Source: a virus
Lineage: Duplodnaviria > Caudoviricetes
IMG/VR virus record: IMGVR_UViG_2816332575_000003
Location: 5,247 to 69,246 of that record
Length of the DNA: 64,000 nt
Direction: 5' to 3' (one strand)
The stretch's first letter is position 1; each line of letters opens with the position of its first letter. The translations under genes and the position numbers were made by a program. Shown in pieces: positions 62,770 through 64,000 of the stretch. The notes below the pieces were generated by a model that searched no databases, was not told where the DNA came from, and saw only the letters and a program-made list of their open reading frames with translations.

Positions 62770-64000
62770 CTACAGCGCCGCACCCCCGGGCTTGACCATG
62801 CCGCGGACGGTGCGGGAGTCGACGAATTCGCCCATCGCCGTCATTTCCCATTCGCCGGAGAACTGGCGGATCAATTTCGCCGAAGCGGACGAGTTCTTCG
62901 CCGGTCTGGGCGTCGAGCAGGCGGCAGTAGGCCTTGGCGACGTCGGAAAATTTCTGGCCGGAGAAGGAGTTGACGGTGAAGACCAGGCCGGTGACCTGCG
63001 GGGGAATGCCGCCGAGGTGGACGGTGATGGACTCGTCGTCGCCCGCGCCCTCGCCGGTGAGGTTGTCGCCGGAGTGCTGGATCGCGCCGTTCAGGATCTG
63101 GAGCTTGCCGAAGAAGCAGTTGTCGACCTTTTTGCGGTCCGGGCCGTAGGCGATCACGGAGGCGTCGAGGTCGATGTCCTTGCCGCGGTAGGCGGGCTCC
63201 CAGCCGAGGCCCATGCGGACGGAGGACAGGAGCGGGCGGCCGCCCTTGACCAGGGAGACGGTCTGGTTCTTCTGGAGGCTGACGCGGCCCTTGTCGAGGT
63301 TGATTTTGCCGGCGCCGGGCGCGGGAGCAGGGGCGGCTGCCGGAGCGGCCGCCGCGGGCGGCGGCGCCATGGGCGCCGGGGCGCCGGTGGGCGGACCCCA
63401 CTGGGCGGCGGGCGGAGCGGCAGGGGCGGGCTGGGGCGCGGCGGTCGGCGGGGCCGGGGGTGCCTGCGGAGTGGCGGCCGGGGCCGCGGGTGCCGTCGGC
63501 TCCTCGACGTTCACGCCGAAGTCGGTGGCGATGCCGGCCAGGCCGTTCGCGTAGCCCTGGCCCACCGCGCGGACCTTCCAGGCGCCATTGCGGCGGTAGA
63601 CCTCCATGACCACCAGGGCGGTCTCCGAGCCGAGCCGCGGCGGGGTGAAGGAGGCGATGACGCTGCCGTCGTCGGCGTTGCGGACCGTGCCGGTCGGTTC
63701 GGTGCCGGCGAAGGTGGCGCCTGGGGCGTCCAGGCTGGCGGTCACGACGATCTTCTCGATACCGGCCGGCACCGCGGCGGTGTCCACCGTGATCGTGTCA
63801 CCGGCACCGCCCGCGCCGGACGTGTGGGTCACGCCCGGGCCGGCCGGCTGGTTGTAGAAGACGAAGTCGTCGTCGGAGCGCACCTTGCCGTCGGCGGTGA
63901 GCAGCAGGCCCGACACATCGAGCCGCACGGGCGCGGTGACGTCCACCGCCACCCGCGAGGCGGTGAGCGGGAGGTTCGAGCCAGGAGTCATAGCGGTCAT
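62770..64000 (-). pseudogene. Host double-TerD-domain stress protein with a frameshift at 62880/62881
   Basis: DDDFVFYNQP and HSGDNLTGEGAGDDE motifs; the native C-terminus AKLIRQFSGEWEMTAMGEF...AAL* lies in another frame at 62770-62880. Confidence 0.7.

Noticed and set aside
62267-62880. C-terminal extension of a 577-aa TerD fusion protein
   Set aside because: Read-through after a frameshift; it overlaps a terminator and the XRE gene

Overview
High-GC actinobacterial (Streptomyces-like) DNA. Almost the whole window (1 to about 62.6 kb) is the middle and right part of a temperate siphovirus prophage. The integrase and left end are not in the window. Order: (1) early/replication operon with three DNA methyltransferases, a Cas4-like exonuclease, a resolvase, an HNH nuclease, a primase-helicase followed by an iteron-like origin, and a WhiB fusion (1-15.6 kb); (2) accessory and regulatory block with a secreted bacteriocin-like peptide plus candidate immunity gene, a micropeptide-kinase pair, a Bro-N antirepressor, an XRE regulator and a GIY-YIG nuclease (15.6-22 kb); (3) a Streptomyces plasmid/AICE-type conjugation module with a KorA-like GntR, Xis-like, KilB-like, SpdB-like, TraA, TraB translocase, clt-like GGAACAG repeats and SpdD-like genes (22-33 kb); (4) a complete-looking head, tail and lysis operon with a candidate cos site (33-59 kb); (5) small right-end genes; (6) a host terD-family gene carrying a frameshifting deletion. 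The most notable signals are a virion-encoding prophage that also carries TraB/clt transfer genes, two stand-alone translocase DNA-recognition domains, about 20 frame-independent CGTGAAC repeats inside a membrane/HTH gene, a prepro-bacteriocin-like moron, and several repeated structured RNA-like elements. Family assignments come from motif recognition by eye, not from database searches.
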